Assembly (NCBI GenBank): GCA_033763315.1
Contig: JANRKS010000005.1
Span: 192,001 to 256,000 of the forward strand
Source: Deltaproteobacteria bacterium
GTDB lineage: Bacteria > Myxococcota_A > Polyangia > Fen-1088
Reading direction: 5' to 3'
Length of the DNA stretch: 64,000 nucleotides
The position numbers and the translations under genes were made by a program. This document shows positions 8,643-16,914 of this stretch, piece by piece; position 1 is the first letter of the stretch; every line of letters starts with the position of its first letter. Below the pieces are notes generated by a model. It saw nothing but the letters and a program-made list of their open reading frames with translations. It had not been told where the DNA came from and searched no databases.

Positions 8643-10040
8643 TCAATCCGGTTTGTTGGCAGACACTGCGGGCGCGCCACTTTTCGGCGCCTCTTGGTAC
8701 TCGTGAAGTTTGTATTGCACCTTGCGCACCGAAATGCCCAAGACGTCCGCCGCCTTGCTGGTGGATCCCCCGGTAAGTTCGAGGGTTTTGCGAATGGCGT
8801 AGTTTTCGATCTCCTCCAATGTGGAACCTGGGATTTGAATTCCCCGGCTCTCTTTGGGACGTAAGTGAGGAGGCAGCTCAGACACGCCGACCCGGCGCCC
8901 GTTGCACATGACGACCGCCCTTTCGATCGTATTTTCCAGTTCGCGCACGTTGCCGGGCCATTGGTAGTTGGCGAGAAACTCTAAGGCATCGTCCGTAAAG
9001 CCTTCGATTGTACGATCGCCTACGCGTTCGTTCTCGGCGGCGTATTTACGCAGAAAGTACGAAGCCAGAAGCGGTACGTCCGAAGGGCGAGACCGCAGCG
9101 GTGGCATTTCCATATTGATGACATTGAGGCGGTAATAAAGGTCTTCTCTGAAACGCCCGGCAGCGACCTCGGCTTTCAAGTCCCTGTTGGTCGCCGCAAT
9201 CACCCGAACATCCACCCGCACTGTTTCGTTGCCACCCACTCGCTCAAACTCGTGCTCCTGAAGAAAGCGCAGCAACTTAACCTGGGTTGCAGGCGAGATT
9301 TCCCCAATCTCGTCTAGGAACAAGGTGCCCTTGTGGGCTTGCATGAACCTTCCATCACGTCGGCCGGCGGCTCCGGTGAACGATCCTCGCTCATGTCCGA
9401 ACAGCTCGCTTTCCAAAATTGTCTCGGCCAAAGCCGCACAGTGCAGCTTAACGAACGGGCCCGTCGCCCGGGGGCTGCGCTGGTGGATCGCGGCCGCAAT
9501 CAATTCTTTCCCAGTCCCAGATTCGCCCGTGATCAGGACCGAAGCGCGGGAAGTCGCAACCTGCGAAATCACTTTGAAAATCTCCTGCATGACGGGCGCG
9601 CTGCCGATGATGTTCTCGAACTTATAGCGTTCGGCCAGGCGAGCCTTAAGTTGCCCAGACTCCTTACGCAGGCGTAGATGTTCAAGCTCTCGGTTTAGGA
9701 CCAGCAACAGCTCGTTCATGTTGATTGGTTTGGTGAGGTAGTCCGCGGCGCCATTACGCATAGCTGTCACCGCCGTCTCGACGGCGCCGAAGGCAGTCAT
9801 CACCACAACAACGGCGTCTTCATCAGATTCGCGAACCCGCCGCAGGAGCTCAAGACCGTCCATGCCGGGCATCTTCAAGTCGGTGAGGACGAGGTCCGGC
9901 GTGAAGTCGGACATTTTGCCTAAGGCTTTGAAGCCGTCTGCCGCGGTTTCAACGGCGTAACCCTCCTCCTTAAGGAGCTCGAACAGCGCATTTCGGGCGT
10001 TGGCTTCATCGTCGACAACAAGGATTCTGGCGCGTTGCAT
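8643..10040 (-). CDS. Sigma54-dependent response regulator (NtrC/AtoC family)
   Basis: REC + AAA (GESGTGKE, GSFTGA, FLDEIGE, RFREDLYYRL, WPGNVREL) + Fis HTH. Confidence 0.95.
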   Translation of the reverse strand: MQRARILVVDDEANARNALFELLKEEGYAVETAADGFKALGKMSDFTPDLVLTDLKMPGMDGLELLRRVRESDEDAVVVVMTAFGAVETAVTAMRNGAADYLTKPINMNELLLVLNRELEHLRLRKESGQLKARLAERYKFENIIGSAPVMQEIFKVISQVATSRASVLITGESGTGKELIAAAIHQRSPRATGPFVKLHCAALAETILESELFGHERGSFTGAAGRRDGRFMQAHKGTLFLDEIGEISPATQVKLLRFLQEHEFERVGGNETVRVDVRVIAATNRDLKAEVAAGRFREDLYYRLNVINMEMPPLRSRPSDVPLLASYFLRKYAAENERVGDRTIEGFTDDALEFLANYQWPGNVRELENTIERAVVMCNGRRVGVSELPPHLRPKESRGIQIPGSTLEEIENYAIRKTLELTGGSTSKAADVLGISVRKVQYKLHEYQEAPKSGAPAVSANKPD

Positions 10041-10154
10041 GGGGGCTCTCCGTTCTTCCGCCCGGCGTTCGGGCTCCGAAAATCAACCTGGGTCGTATTC
10101 GCCCAACCGCTCGGCGCACAAATGGCGCGAGCCAATACGTTGGGCGCAAAAAAT

Positions 10155-10823
10155 TCACGTTTTGGCAAACGGCTTTGCGGCCGAGAAGTGGTAGTTCATG
10201 CGGTGATCCAGCGCCGCCAGTATCTTCTCAAGCCGCTGCGTGGGCCTACGGGTCTCGAGCAGACTCTGTTGTTCACGGAGTGATAGCACCGCTGAACAAG
10301 CCATCAGACTGGCGACGCGGGTCTCTATTGAGTCGGCTTTTGCGAGCCCGCTCAGGGCGGTGGTCGCGATCTCACACCCTGGATGGCGCCGCTTCAGTTC
10401 AATCAGGCGAAGCTGCGCCTCTAGAACTAGATTTTCTAGGTCCTCTGGTCGGTCAAGATCATCGGATAGCCCCTCAACACGTGCCAATCGAAACGGATCC
10501 TCGCGCAGGAATTGCCCCACAGTTACGCGACCTTGGGTCCACAATTCGGTTAACCACAGCCCGGTGTTATGCGGTTGAAGATGCAACACTTCCGCGAGGA
10601 CTCCTGTCGAGAACAATGGGGCTGCGGAGGGCTTCCCAGGTTGCTCATCGGAGCAACATATGGCGAGCAAGGGCTTACCTGTTGAGCGCCGCGCCTCCCG
10701 AACGGCACCGAACGATTTGAGGTTCGCCAACAACAACGTGCAACGCATGCCTGGAAAAAGCACGGTGCGCGCCAGCCCAACCACCGGGAGGATCTCGTCA
10801 ATGTTTTGGGTTGAGCTTTGCAT
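10155..10823 (-). CDS. LON peptidase substrate-binding (LON-N) domain protein
   Basis: LPVVGL..TVLFPG...L...TGVLAEV...QQSLLE....QRLE; no ATPase or protease domain. Confidence 0.75.
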   Translation of the reverse strand: MQSSTQNIDEILPVVGLARTVLFPGMRCTLLLANLKSFGAVREARRSTGKPLLAICCSDEQPGKPSAAPLFSTGVLAEVLHLQPHNTGLWLTELWTQGRVTVGQFLREDPFRLARVEGLSDDLDRPEDLENLVLEAQLRLIELKRRHPGCEIATTALSGLAKADSIETRVASLMACSAVLSLREQQSLLETRRPTQRLEKILAALDHRMNYHFSAAKPFAKT

Positions 10824-10863
10824 GTTGATCCCTTAACCGTGGCGTTCCCACTTGCACCACCAA

Positions 10864-10879
10864 AGCAAAAGCCGTGCCC
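10864..10879 (-). promoter_or_regulatory. Putative sigma54 promoter for LON-N gene
   Basis: Minus strand GGGCACGGCTTTTGCT, near-perfect match to TGGCACG-N4-TTGCW, 40 nt upstream of ATG 10823. Confidence 0.7.
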
Positions 10880-12460
10880 CTAAACTCTGACCGCACTTCC
10901 TCCCGCGAGACGGGCGACCTTATCGAGCGCCTCCGAGCTGATCCACTCGTGTCCCAGGTTGCAGGATCTGCTCAACTCATCACCACTCACATGTCCTGGG
11001 TGCTGGTGGGACCGACCCGGGTTGTTAAGTTGAAGCGACCGGTGCGGTTTGAGTTCGCTGACTTTTCGAGCTTGGCGAAGCGGAAGGCGGCATGTGAGGA
11101 GGAGGTTCGGCTCAACAGGCGGTTGGCTCCCTCTGTATACGAAGGAGTGGTGAGCGTCGGCTTCGTGGACGGCCAGGTGGCGCTGGGACCGTCCAGTGAC
11201 GTGATTGATTATGCCGTCGTCATGCGACGACTAGATGAGTCCGATGAGGCGTCGTATCTGCTCCGAACGGGAGGTCTGCAGATTCTGCACCTAGCTGCCT
11301 TGGCCGATTGTCTAGCGCGTTTCTACCGAAGTGCGGAGCGATGCGACGAAAGCGGCAATCCCGAGGTCGTCGGGCGGCTCATCGAGCGCAATTTCGCCGA
11401 GATCGAGCACTTGAAACTCGAAGGGATAACATCCTCCCAGGTTGCAAATCTAAAGGCATTCGCACAGACCCTGGTCATCAGACTACGCGACCGCCTTGGC
11501 CGCCGGCAGGCGGTGGGGGCCATCCGGGACGGTCACGGCGACCTAAGGCTTGAGCATGTGTTCTTCCCAGGTTCGAATGCAGCCCCCCTAGTTATAGACA
11601 CAGTGGAATATGAGCCTGCGTTTCGCAGGGGCGACGTCGCGCTAGACGCCGCGTTTTTCGCCATGGAGCTCCGTTCTTCAGGACGGCGGGACCTGGAAGC
11701 GGCCTTCTGGTCCCATTTTGCCCGCTCGATGTCGGACTACACCTTCTTCCCCCTCATCGACCTTTACGTCCTGTATCGGGCGGCCGTTCGGGCAAAGGTC
11801 GCGGCGCTGATGGCCCAATCTCCTGACACCCCCGGGGACGTGGCTCGTGCCAAACAGGCGGAATGCGAATCCCTGTGGCGGCTGGCCGAGAGTGCGGTGG
11901 CCGCGGGCGAGGAGGGAGGCGCCGTCGTTTGTGTTGGCGGGTTGGTGGGCGCCGGCAAAAGCGTTGTTGCAGAAAAATTGGTTCCCAGGTTGCGCGGCCC
12001 GGTCATCTCGTCCGATTACATGCGCAAGGGCTTGGCGGGTTTAAGCCCCACAGACCGCGCTTGCGACGCGTACTACGACGAGGCATTCAACCGCCGAACT
12101 TTGACAGCGCTACTTGCGGCGAGCCGCGACGTGCTGACGAGCGGGCGGGTCGTGATTGTAGACGCGACTTTCCGCCGCTCGTCGTGGCGCCAGGCCTTTG
12201 TTGCGCTTGCCGACGAGCACAAAGTGCCATTTGTCTTTATTGAGGCACGATGCCGAGAGGAAGTTCTCCGGGAACGCCTTCGTGAACGGCAGCGGACTCT
12301 TTCGGTCTCGGACGCTCGCGAATCGACTCTGTCCCAGGTTGCTGCCGAGTTCGAGCCGCTCACAGATCTAGCGGGGCGGCAGCGTTTCGAGGTCGACACC
12401 GAGCAGCCCGTCGGGCCGGCGCTTGACCGCATCGCCGCGAAAATACACGTCCCAGGTTGA
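10874..12460 (+). CDS. Bifunctional aminoglycoside-phosphotransferase-like / AAA_33 kinase (Rv2004c-like)
   Basis: THMSWV...VKLKRPVRFEFADFS, EVRLNRRLAP, DGHGDLRLEH, P-loop GLVGAGKS, SDAR. Start uncertain. Confidence 0.88.
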   Translation: MPLNSDRTSSRETGDLIERLRADPLVSQVAGSAQLITTHMSWVLVGPTRVVKLKRPVRFEFADFSSLAKRKAACEEEVRLNRRLAPSVYEGVVSVGFVDGQVALGPSSDVIDYAVVMRRLDESDEASYLLRTGGLQILHLAALADCLARFYRSAERCDESGNPEVVGRLIERNFAEIEHLKLEGITSSQVANLKAFAQTLVIRLRDRLGRRQAVGAIRDGHGDLRLEHVFFPGSNAAPLVIDTVEYEPAFRRGDVALDAAFFAMELRSSGRRDLEAAFWSHFARSMSDYTFFPLIDLYVLYRAAVRAKVAALMAQSPDTPGDVARAKQAECESLWRLAESAVAAGEEGGAVVCVGGLVGAGKSVVAEKLVPRLRGPVISSDYMRKGLAGLSPTDRACDAYYDEAFNRRTLTALLAASRDVLTSGRVVIVDATFRRSSWRQAFVALADEHKVPFVFIEARCREEVLRERLRERQRTLSVSDARESTLSQVAAEFEPLTDLAGRQRFEVDTEQPVGPALDRIAAKIHVPG

Positions 12461-12553
12461 TGAAGTGGCCTACGCCACAGGCTTCTGCGCATGTCCCAGG
12501 TTGCGTGAACGAGCTCTTTCCAAACGGCCGCATCTGGCATTTACTCTGGCGCC

Positions 12554-15091
12554 ATGTTCAGGAAGCGCAGTTTTGTCACGTTGTCGGTGGTCATGGCTTT
12601 AGAGCTGGGGGCCCCAGGGGCGGGCGCCCAGGAAGCCGATCTGCGGGGCGCGGCCCCGCCTCCGTCCGGCATTTGGCTCGAGCAACTCGATCTTTCGGGG
12701 ATGACGGCGGGCTTCGGCGAGCCGGTCCCCCGTGCCGCCGTCTCGGGCAACCCCATCAGCATTGGCGGCGTCGCGTTCACCCATGGTGTGGGCACCCACG
12801 CCGACGGCGAGATCACGTTCGAGCTCGATGGAAAGGCGGAGCGCTTCATGGCCGAGGTGGGCGTGGATGACGATCTCAGCTGCCTAGACTCAATGGGCGC
12901 TCCAAAGCTCGCTGCTGTGAAATTCAAGGTCTACGTTGACGGCAAGTTGGCCGCTGACAGCGGCGTGATGAAGCACGGCCAGGCCCCGAAGCGCCTCTCC
13001 GTTGACCTCAAGGGCAGAAAGAAACTGCGCCTCGAGCTCAAAAAAGAACCCGGAGCTCGCTTCAATCACGCAACCTGGGGCGGTGCCGCCATCACCTTGG
13101 GCGAAGGCGCGGCGACCCCTCGAGCCGTGGGCTCGAAAGCCACAGCCACAGCCCGCGCCTCTCTCTCGAGGGACGAAGCGGCGCTTCTTCGCAGCAAGAC
13201 CCCGACCAAGAACGTGTTCTTCTTGCAGTCACTTGACCTCACCAAGGCGCGCTTTGCCTCGCCCAAGAGCATCGCCGGGGGCAAAACGCCGGGGGGAACA
13301 CCTCTGCTGCTTGACGGTGAAACCTACCCGGCCGGCTTCTCGGTCGATGGTGACAGCGAAATTGTTCTCGATCTCGCCGGCGGTGCGAAACGTTTCGTGG
13401 CCCGGGTTGGCATCGACGGCGCCCGATCGTGCGAAAAAGTCATGAACGGGGGTGCCTCGCGTGCTGAGGTTTGGGCCGACGCGAAGAAGATCTTCGATTC
13501 GGGCACGATCCATGGCTACAACAAACCGATCGACATTTCCTTGGATGTCACGGGCGTAAAGACACTGCTCGTGGCCTCTCGCCTCGTCGAAGGCGCGTCC
13601 GTACCAACAACCTGGGCAGGTGCCGCGCTCATCCTCGACCCCGCAAAGAAGGCAACGCCCAAGCTTGTGCAGCTGCCTGAGCCGCCGCGTCCCGCCGTCG
13701 CGCGCTCGCGGCCCAACGAACTTGGGATTCACGGCCCCGGCATCACAGGTGGATCACCCGGCAAGCCGTTTTTGTTCCGCATCCCTGCCACGGGCAAAAA
13801 GCCGCTCAGCTACGCGGCCGCGGGGTTGCCGGCGGGCCTTGAACTCAACACGTCCACAGGCGTGATCGCCGGCAAGCCTGCGAAAGCCGGCTCCCACTTG
13901 GTCACGCTGACCGTTAAAGACTCGTTGGGCGCCGAAACCACCCGACCGTTTAAGATCGAAATCGGCAGCAACAAACTGGCCCTGACTCCACCCATGGGTT
14001 GGAACTCCTGGAACGTGTGGGGCTTGGACGTCAGCGACCAAAACATTCGCCGCGCCGCTGATTCGTTGATCACATCAGGCCTGGCCGATCACGGTTTCGC
14101 CTTCATCAACATCGACGACGCGTGGGAAGGCAAACGCAACGCAAAAGGCGAAATCGAGCCCAACGAAAAGTTTCCGAACATGGTGGCGCTCTCAGAATAC
14201 GTGCATGGCAAAGGCTTGAAGATGGGCATCTATTCATCACCCGGCCCCAAGACGTGCGGCATGTACGAAGGCAGTTATCGACACGAAAAGCAAGACGCGC
14301 AGACCTACGCAAAGTGGGGTGTCGATCTGTTGAAATACGATTGGTGCTCATACGGCGGCGTCGCGAAGGGCAGCAGCCGCGAAGAGCTGATGAAGCCTTA
14401 CATTCTCATGGGCAAAGCCCTGCGCAGCACCTCGCGCGATGTGGTTTACAGCCTGTGCCAGTACGGTATGGGCAACGTTTGGGAGTGGGGCCGCAAAGTG
14501 GGCGGCCACTACTGGCGCACCACGGGCGACATTGTGGACACGTGGAGCAGCGTCGATTCAATCGGCTTTGGGCAAGCGGGCAAAGACAGCTTCGCCGGCC
14601 CCGGCGGCTGGAACGATCCCGATATGTTGGTGCTGGGCAAAGTTGGCTGGAGCAAGAAGCTGCGCGACACGCGCTTAACGCCCGCAGAACAAGTGACGCA
14701 CATGACGTTGTGGAGTTTGCTCGCGTCGCCGCTTCTCATCGGCGCCGATCTCGATCAACTAGACCCATGGACGTTGGATCTGCTGACCAACGATGAAGTG
14801 ATCGCCGTCAATCAAGACGAATTGGGTCGCGCTGCCGCGCGTGTTGTGGATGACGCGGGCTCCGAGGTTTGGACACGCCCGTTGGCCGATGGAAGCTTGG
14901 CTGTGGGTGTTTTCAACCGCGGCCCCGTGGGCACGAACGTGAAAGTGGATCTGGGCAAGCTGGGGCGCGCCGGTAAACAGAACGTGCGTGATCTGTGGCA
15001 GCGCCAAGATCTGGGCGCGCGCGAAGGTGCTTTTGATGTTGACGTGATCTCTCACGGCGCCGTTTTATTCAAAGTTGCGGCTGCAAAATAA
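12554..15091 (+). CDS. Secreted GH27 alpha-galactosidase with two NPCBM domains and a He_PIG Ig domain
   Basis: Signal peptide; NPCBM (GVGTHA..VGVDD) x2; GLPAGL..GVIAG; TPPMGWNSWN, NIDDAW, LKYDWC, WRTTGD, WNDPDML. Confidence 0.92.
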   Translation: MFRKRSFVTLSVVMALELGAPGAGAQEADLRGAAPPPSGIWLEQLDLSGMTAGFGEPVPRAAVSGNPISIGGVAFTHGVGTHADGEITFELDGKAERFMAEVGVDDDLSCLDSMGAPKLAAVKFKVYVDGKLAADSGVMKHGQAPKRLSVDLKGRKKLRLELKKEPGARFNHATWGGAAITLGEGAATPRAVGSKATATARASLSRDEAALLRSKTPTKNVFFLQSLDLTKARFASPKSIAGGKTPGGTPLLLDGETYPAGFSVDGDSEIVLDLAGGAKRFVARVGIDGARSCEKVMNGGASRAEVWADAKKIFDSGTIHGYNKPIDISLDVTGVKTLLVASRLVEGASVPTTWAGAALILDPAKKATPKLVQLPEPPRPAVARSRPNELGIHGPGITGGSPGKPFLFRIPATGKKPLSYAAAGLPAGLELNTSTGVIAGKPAKAGSHLVTLTVKDSLGAETTRPFKIEIGSNKLALTPPMGWNSWNVWGLDVSDQNIRRAADSLITSGLADHGFAFINIDDAWEGKRNAKGEIEPNEKFPNMVALSEYVHGKGLKMGIYSSPGPKTCGMYEGSYRHEKQDAQTYAKWGVDLLKYDWCSYGGVAKGSSREELMKPYILMGKALRSTSRDVVYSLCQYGMGNVWEWGRKVGGHYWRTTGDIVDTWSSVDSIGFGQAGKDSFAGPGGWNDPDMLVLGKVGWSKKLRDTRLTPAEQVTHMTLWSLLASPLLIGADLDQLDPWTLDLLTNDEVIAVNQDELGRAAARVVDDAGSEVWTRPLADGSLAVGVFNRGPVGTNVKVDLGKLGRAGKQNVRDLWQRQDLGAREGAFDVDVISHGAVLFKVAAAK

Positions 15092-15877
15092 ATGTCTTAT
15101 CTGCCGTTTGATTGGTACGAAACGCCGCTTTACTACGACATTGTCTTCGATGAAGACACGCGTAAAGAAGTGGCGTTTCTTGAGGCTTTGCACAAACGCC
15201 ACGTGCGCAAACCCACGCACCGGCTGCTTGAGCCTGCGTGTGGCTCGGGGCGCTTGATGGCCACCTTGGCCAAGCGTGGCTTCACGGTCTATGGCTTTGA
15301 CGCCAGCGCCGGCATGTTGGCCTTTGCGCGCAAGCGCACGCAACGCCTTGGCAAGCGCGTGCACTTGTCACAGCAGAGCATGCAAAGCTTTGCTTACAAA
15401 CACAGCTTCGACATGGCGTTTTGCCTGGTCAGCACGTTTAAGTACCTGCTGACCGAGGCAGACGCTGTAAACCACTTGCGTCGCGTGGCCGAGGTATTGC
15501 GGCCCGGTGGCATCTACGCGCTGGGCTTTCATCTTACGCACTACAACCGCACCAGCGCCGAGCGCGAACGTTGGGTGCAAAGCCGAGGCAAGCTCACCGT
15601 CACGTGCAACATCCAGATCTGGCCGCCCGATCGCCGCACGCGCCTTGAACGCGCGCGCTCGCGTTTGTTGGTCTCCGGCTTAGCGGAGGGTGATCGCAAA
15701 TACGAAACAAACTGGCACTTTCGCACGTACAGCAAGGCGCAGTTCTTCGATTTGCTGGCCAAGGTGCCTGAGCTCGAACACATCGACACGCACGACTTTT
15801 TGTACGATCCCGATTACCACCCGGTGTTTGGGGAAGAGCGCGCGGATGTGATTGCGGTGCTGCGCAAACGCGGCTAG
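15092..15877 (+). CDS. Class I SAM-dependent methyltransferase
   Basis: LLEPACGSGR motif I, GFDAS, LRPGG. Confidence 0.9.
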   Translation: MSYLPFDWYETPLYYDIVFDEDTRKEVAFLEALHKRHVRKPTHRLLEPACGSGRLMATLAKRGFTVYGFDASAGMLAFARKRTQRLGKRVHLSQQSMQSFAYKHSFDMAFCLVSTFKYLLTEADAVNHLRRVAEVLRPGGIYALGFHLTHYNRTSAERERWVQSRGKLTVTCNIQIWPPDRRTRLERARSRLLVSGLAEGDRKYETNWHFRTYSKAQFFDLLAKVPELEHIDTHDFLYDPDYHPVFGEERADVIAVLRKRG

Positions 15878-15994
15878 CGCACGAAGCCACGCGCTGCAGA
15901 ACCGCCCCTGGCCGTTCGCGCAAGCCTTTCATCGCCTCAACACCCGAGCGCAGATGGTGCGGTGAAATCAACCTGGGACAAGCGCTGGTACCCT

Positions 15995-16010
15995 GGGAAC
16001 AGACATTGCA
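15995..16010 (+). promoter_or_regulatory. Putative sigma54 promoter for second USP
   Basis: GGGAACAGACATTGCA (GG-N10-GC, TTGC) 37 nt before ATG 16048. Confidence 0.5.
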
Positions 16011-16047
16011 AATAGCTTCGCACCAGAGCTCAGGTGGGCTCGCCGCC

Positions 16048-16482
16048 ATGGAAAAACACAAGCGCAAGCCGATCATAGCGGCGGTCGACGGGTCGCCGCA
16101 TTCGCACAAGGTTGCCGACTTTGCCAGCCGCCTGGCGCATGCCTTCGAAACGCGGTTGGCCCTCTTGCATGTCGTCGAGCCGCTGCCTCACCACATGGTT
16201 TCGTCGTTTGGAATGGCAGCCAACCAGTGGCTGCAGACGCAACTGCGAGAGGGGCAAGCCGTGTTAGACGAGCTGTGCCAAGAGTTGCAGCTTGCAGACG
16301 TGGACAAGATCTTGTCGTCGGGCCCTGTGCCAGAAACGATTTGTGGGGAAGCCGAAGAAGCCAACGCGGAGATGATTGTGCTCGGCGCCCACGGCCATGG
16401 GCCTGTGCCGCGTATCATGCTTGGTTCTGTGGGCGATCGGGTGGCGTCGCTTGCCAGCCGCACAGTGACGATCGTGCGGTGA
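16048..16482 (+). CDS. Universal stress protein (single domain)
   Basis: IIAAVDGS...LLHV...IVLGAHG...LGSV; start re-called at ATG 16048. Confidence 0.92.
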   Translation: MEKHKRKPIIAAVDGSPHSHKVADFASRLAHAFETRLALLHVVEPLPHHMVSSFGMAANQWLQTQLREGQAVLDELCQELQLADVDKILSSGPVPETICGEAEEANAEMIVLGAHGHGPVPRIMLGSVGDRVASLASRTVTIVR

Positions 16483-16484
16483 CT

Positions 16485-16904
16485 TCAGCTATGCGCGGGC
16501 CGCTGCTTTATCAACGCTGCATCGGCCCCAGTCTCCAGCACCTGCTGCAAGGCCGCGAGCAGCGCCTTGATGTCCACGGGCTTGGGCAGGACGGCGTTGG
16601 CCCCCGCTTCGTGGGCCTGCGCGATCGTCTGCGGATCGGTAAACGCGCTCACAACCAACGATGGAAAGCCATAGCCGAGCTGGTGCAACGCCGTGATGAG
16701 CTCGGGGCCACTTTTTCCCGGCAACCGGAAATCTGTGATCAGCGCGTGAAATTCATCAACAGGCACCCGGGCCAAGGCGGCTTCGGCCGATTCGGCCACG
16801 GCGGCCAGATAGCCTTCGCCGTCTAGAATTTCAGCCAAATTTTCCGCCAGTTCGGTGTGGTCGTCGACGACCAAGATGCGCCGGTGGCTGTTATTCGGGA
16901 CCAT
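16485..16904 (-). CDS. Single-domain response regulator
   Basis: ILVVDD, TDFRLPG, SAF, PKP. Confidence 0.9.
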   Translation of the reverse strand: MVPNNSHRRILVVDDHTELAENLAEILDGEGYLAAVAESAEAALARVPVDEFHALITDFRLPGKSGPELITALHQLGYGFPSLVVSAFTDPQTIAQAHEAGANAVLPKPVDIKALLAALQQVLETGADAALIKQRPAHS

Positions 16905-16914
16905 GAGAAGGCGC

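Larger units (their letters stand above)
6298..15977. repeat. Dispersed motif family CCCAGGTT/AACCTGGG (extended consensus TCCCAGGTTGC), 19 copies
   Basis: CCCAGGTT at 6298, 6884, 10635, 10953, 11436, 11566, 11984, 12333, 12451, 12495; AACCTGGG at 6769, 8356, 8516, 8825, 9279, 10085, 13072, 13609, 15970 (manual scan). Confidence 0.9.

Noticed and set aside
10840-10856. TGGCGTTCCCACTTGCA as a plus-strand sigma54 promoter
   Set aside because: GG-to-GC spacing is 11, not the required 10.
6113-13410. Near-matches such as AACCCGGG (6113), AACCTGCG (9558), CCCGGGTT (11016, 13401)
   Set aside because: Possibly degenerate copies, but similar variants occur elsewhere (e.g. near 50870), so they were not counted.
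6298-15977. Motif explained as a Dcm-like CCWGG methylation site or as codon bias
   Set aside because: It contains CCAGG, but the conserved sequence is 8-11 bp, spatially confined, and present in all frames and both strands plus intergenic DNA.
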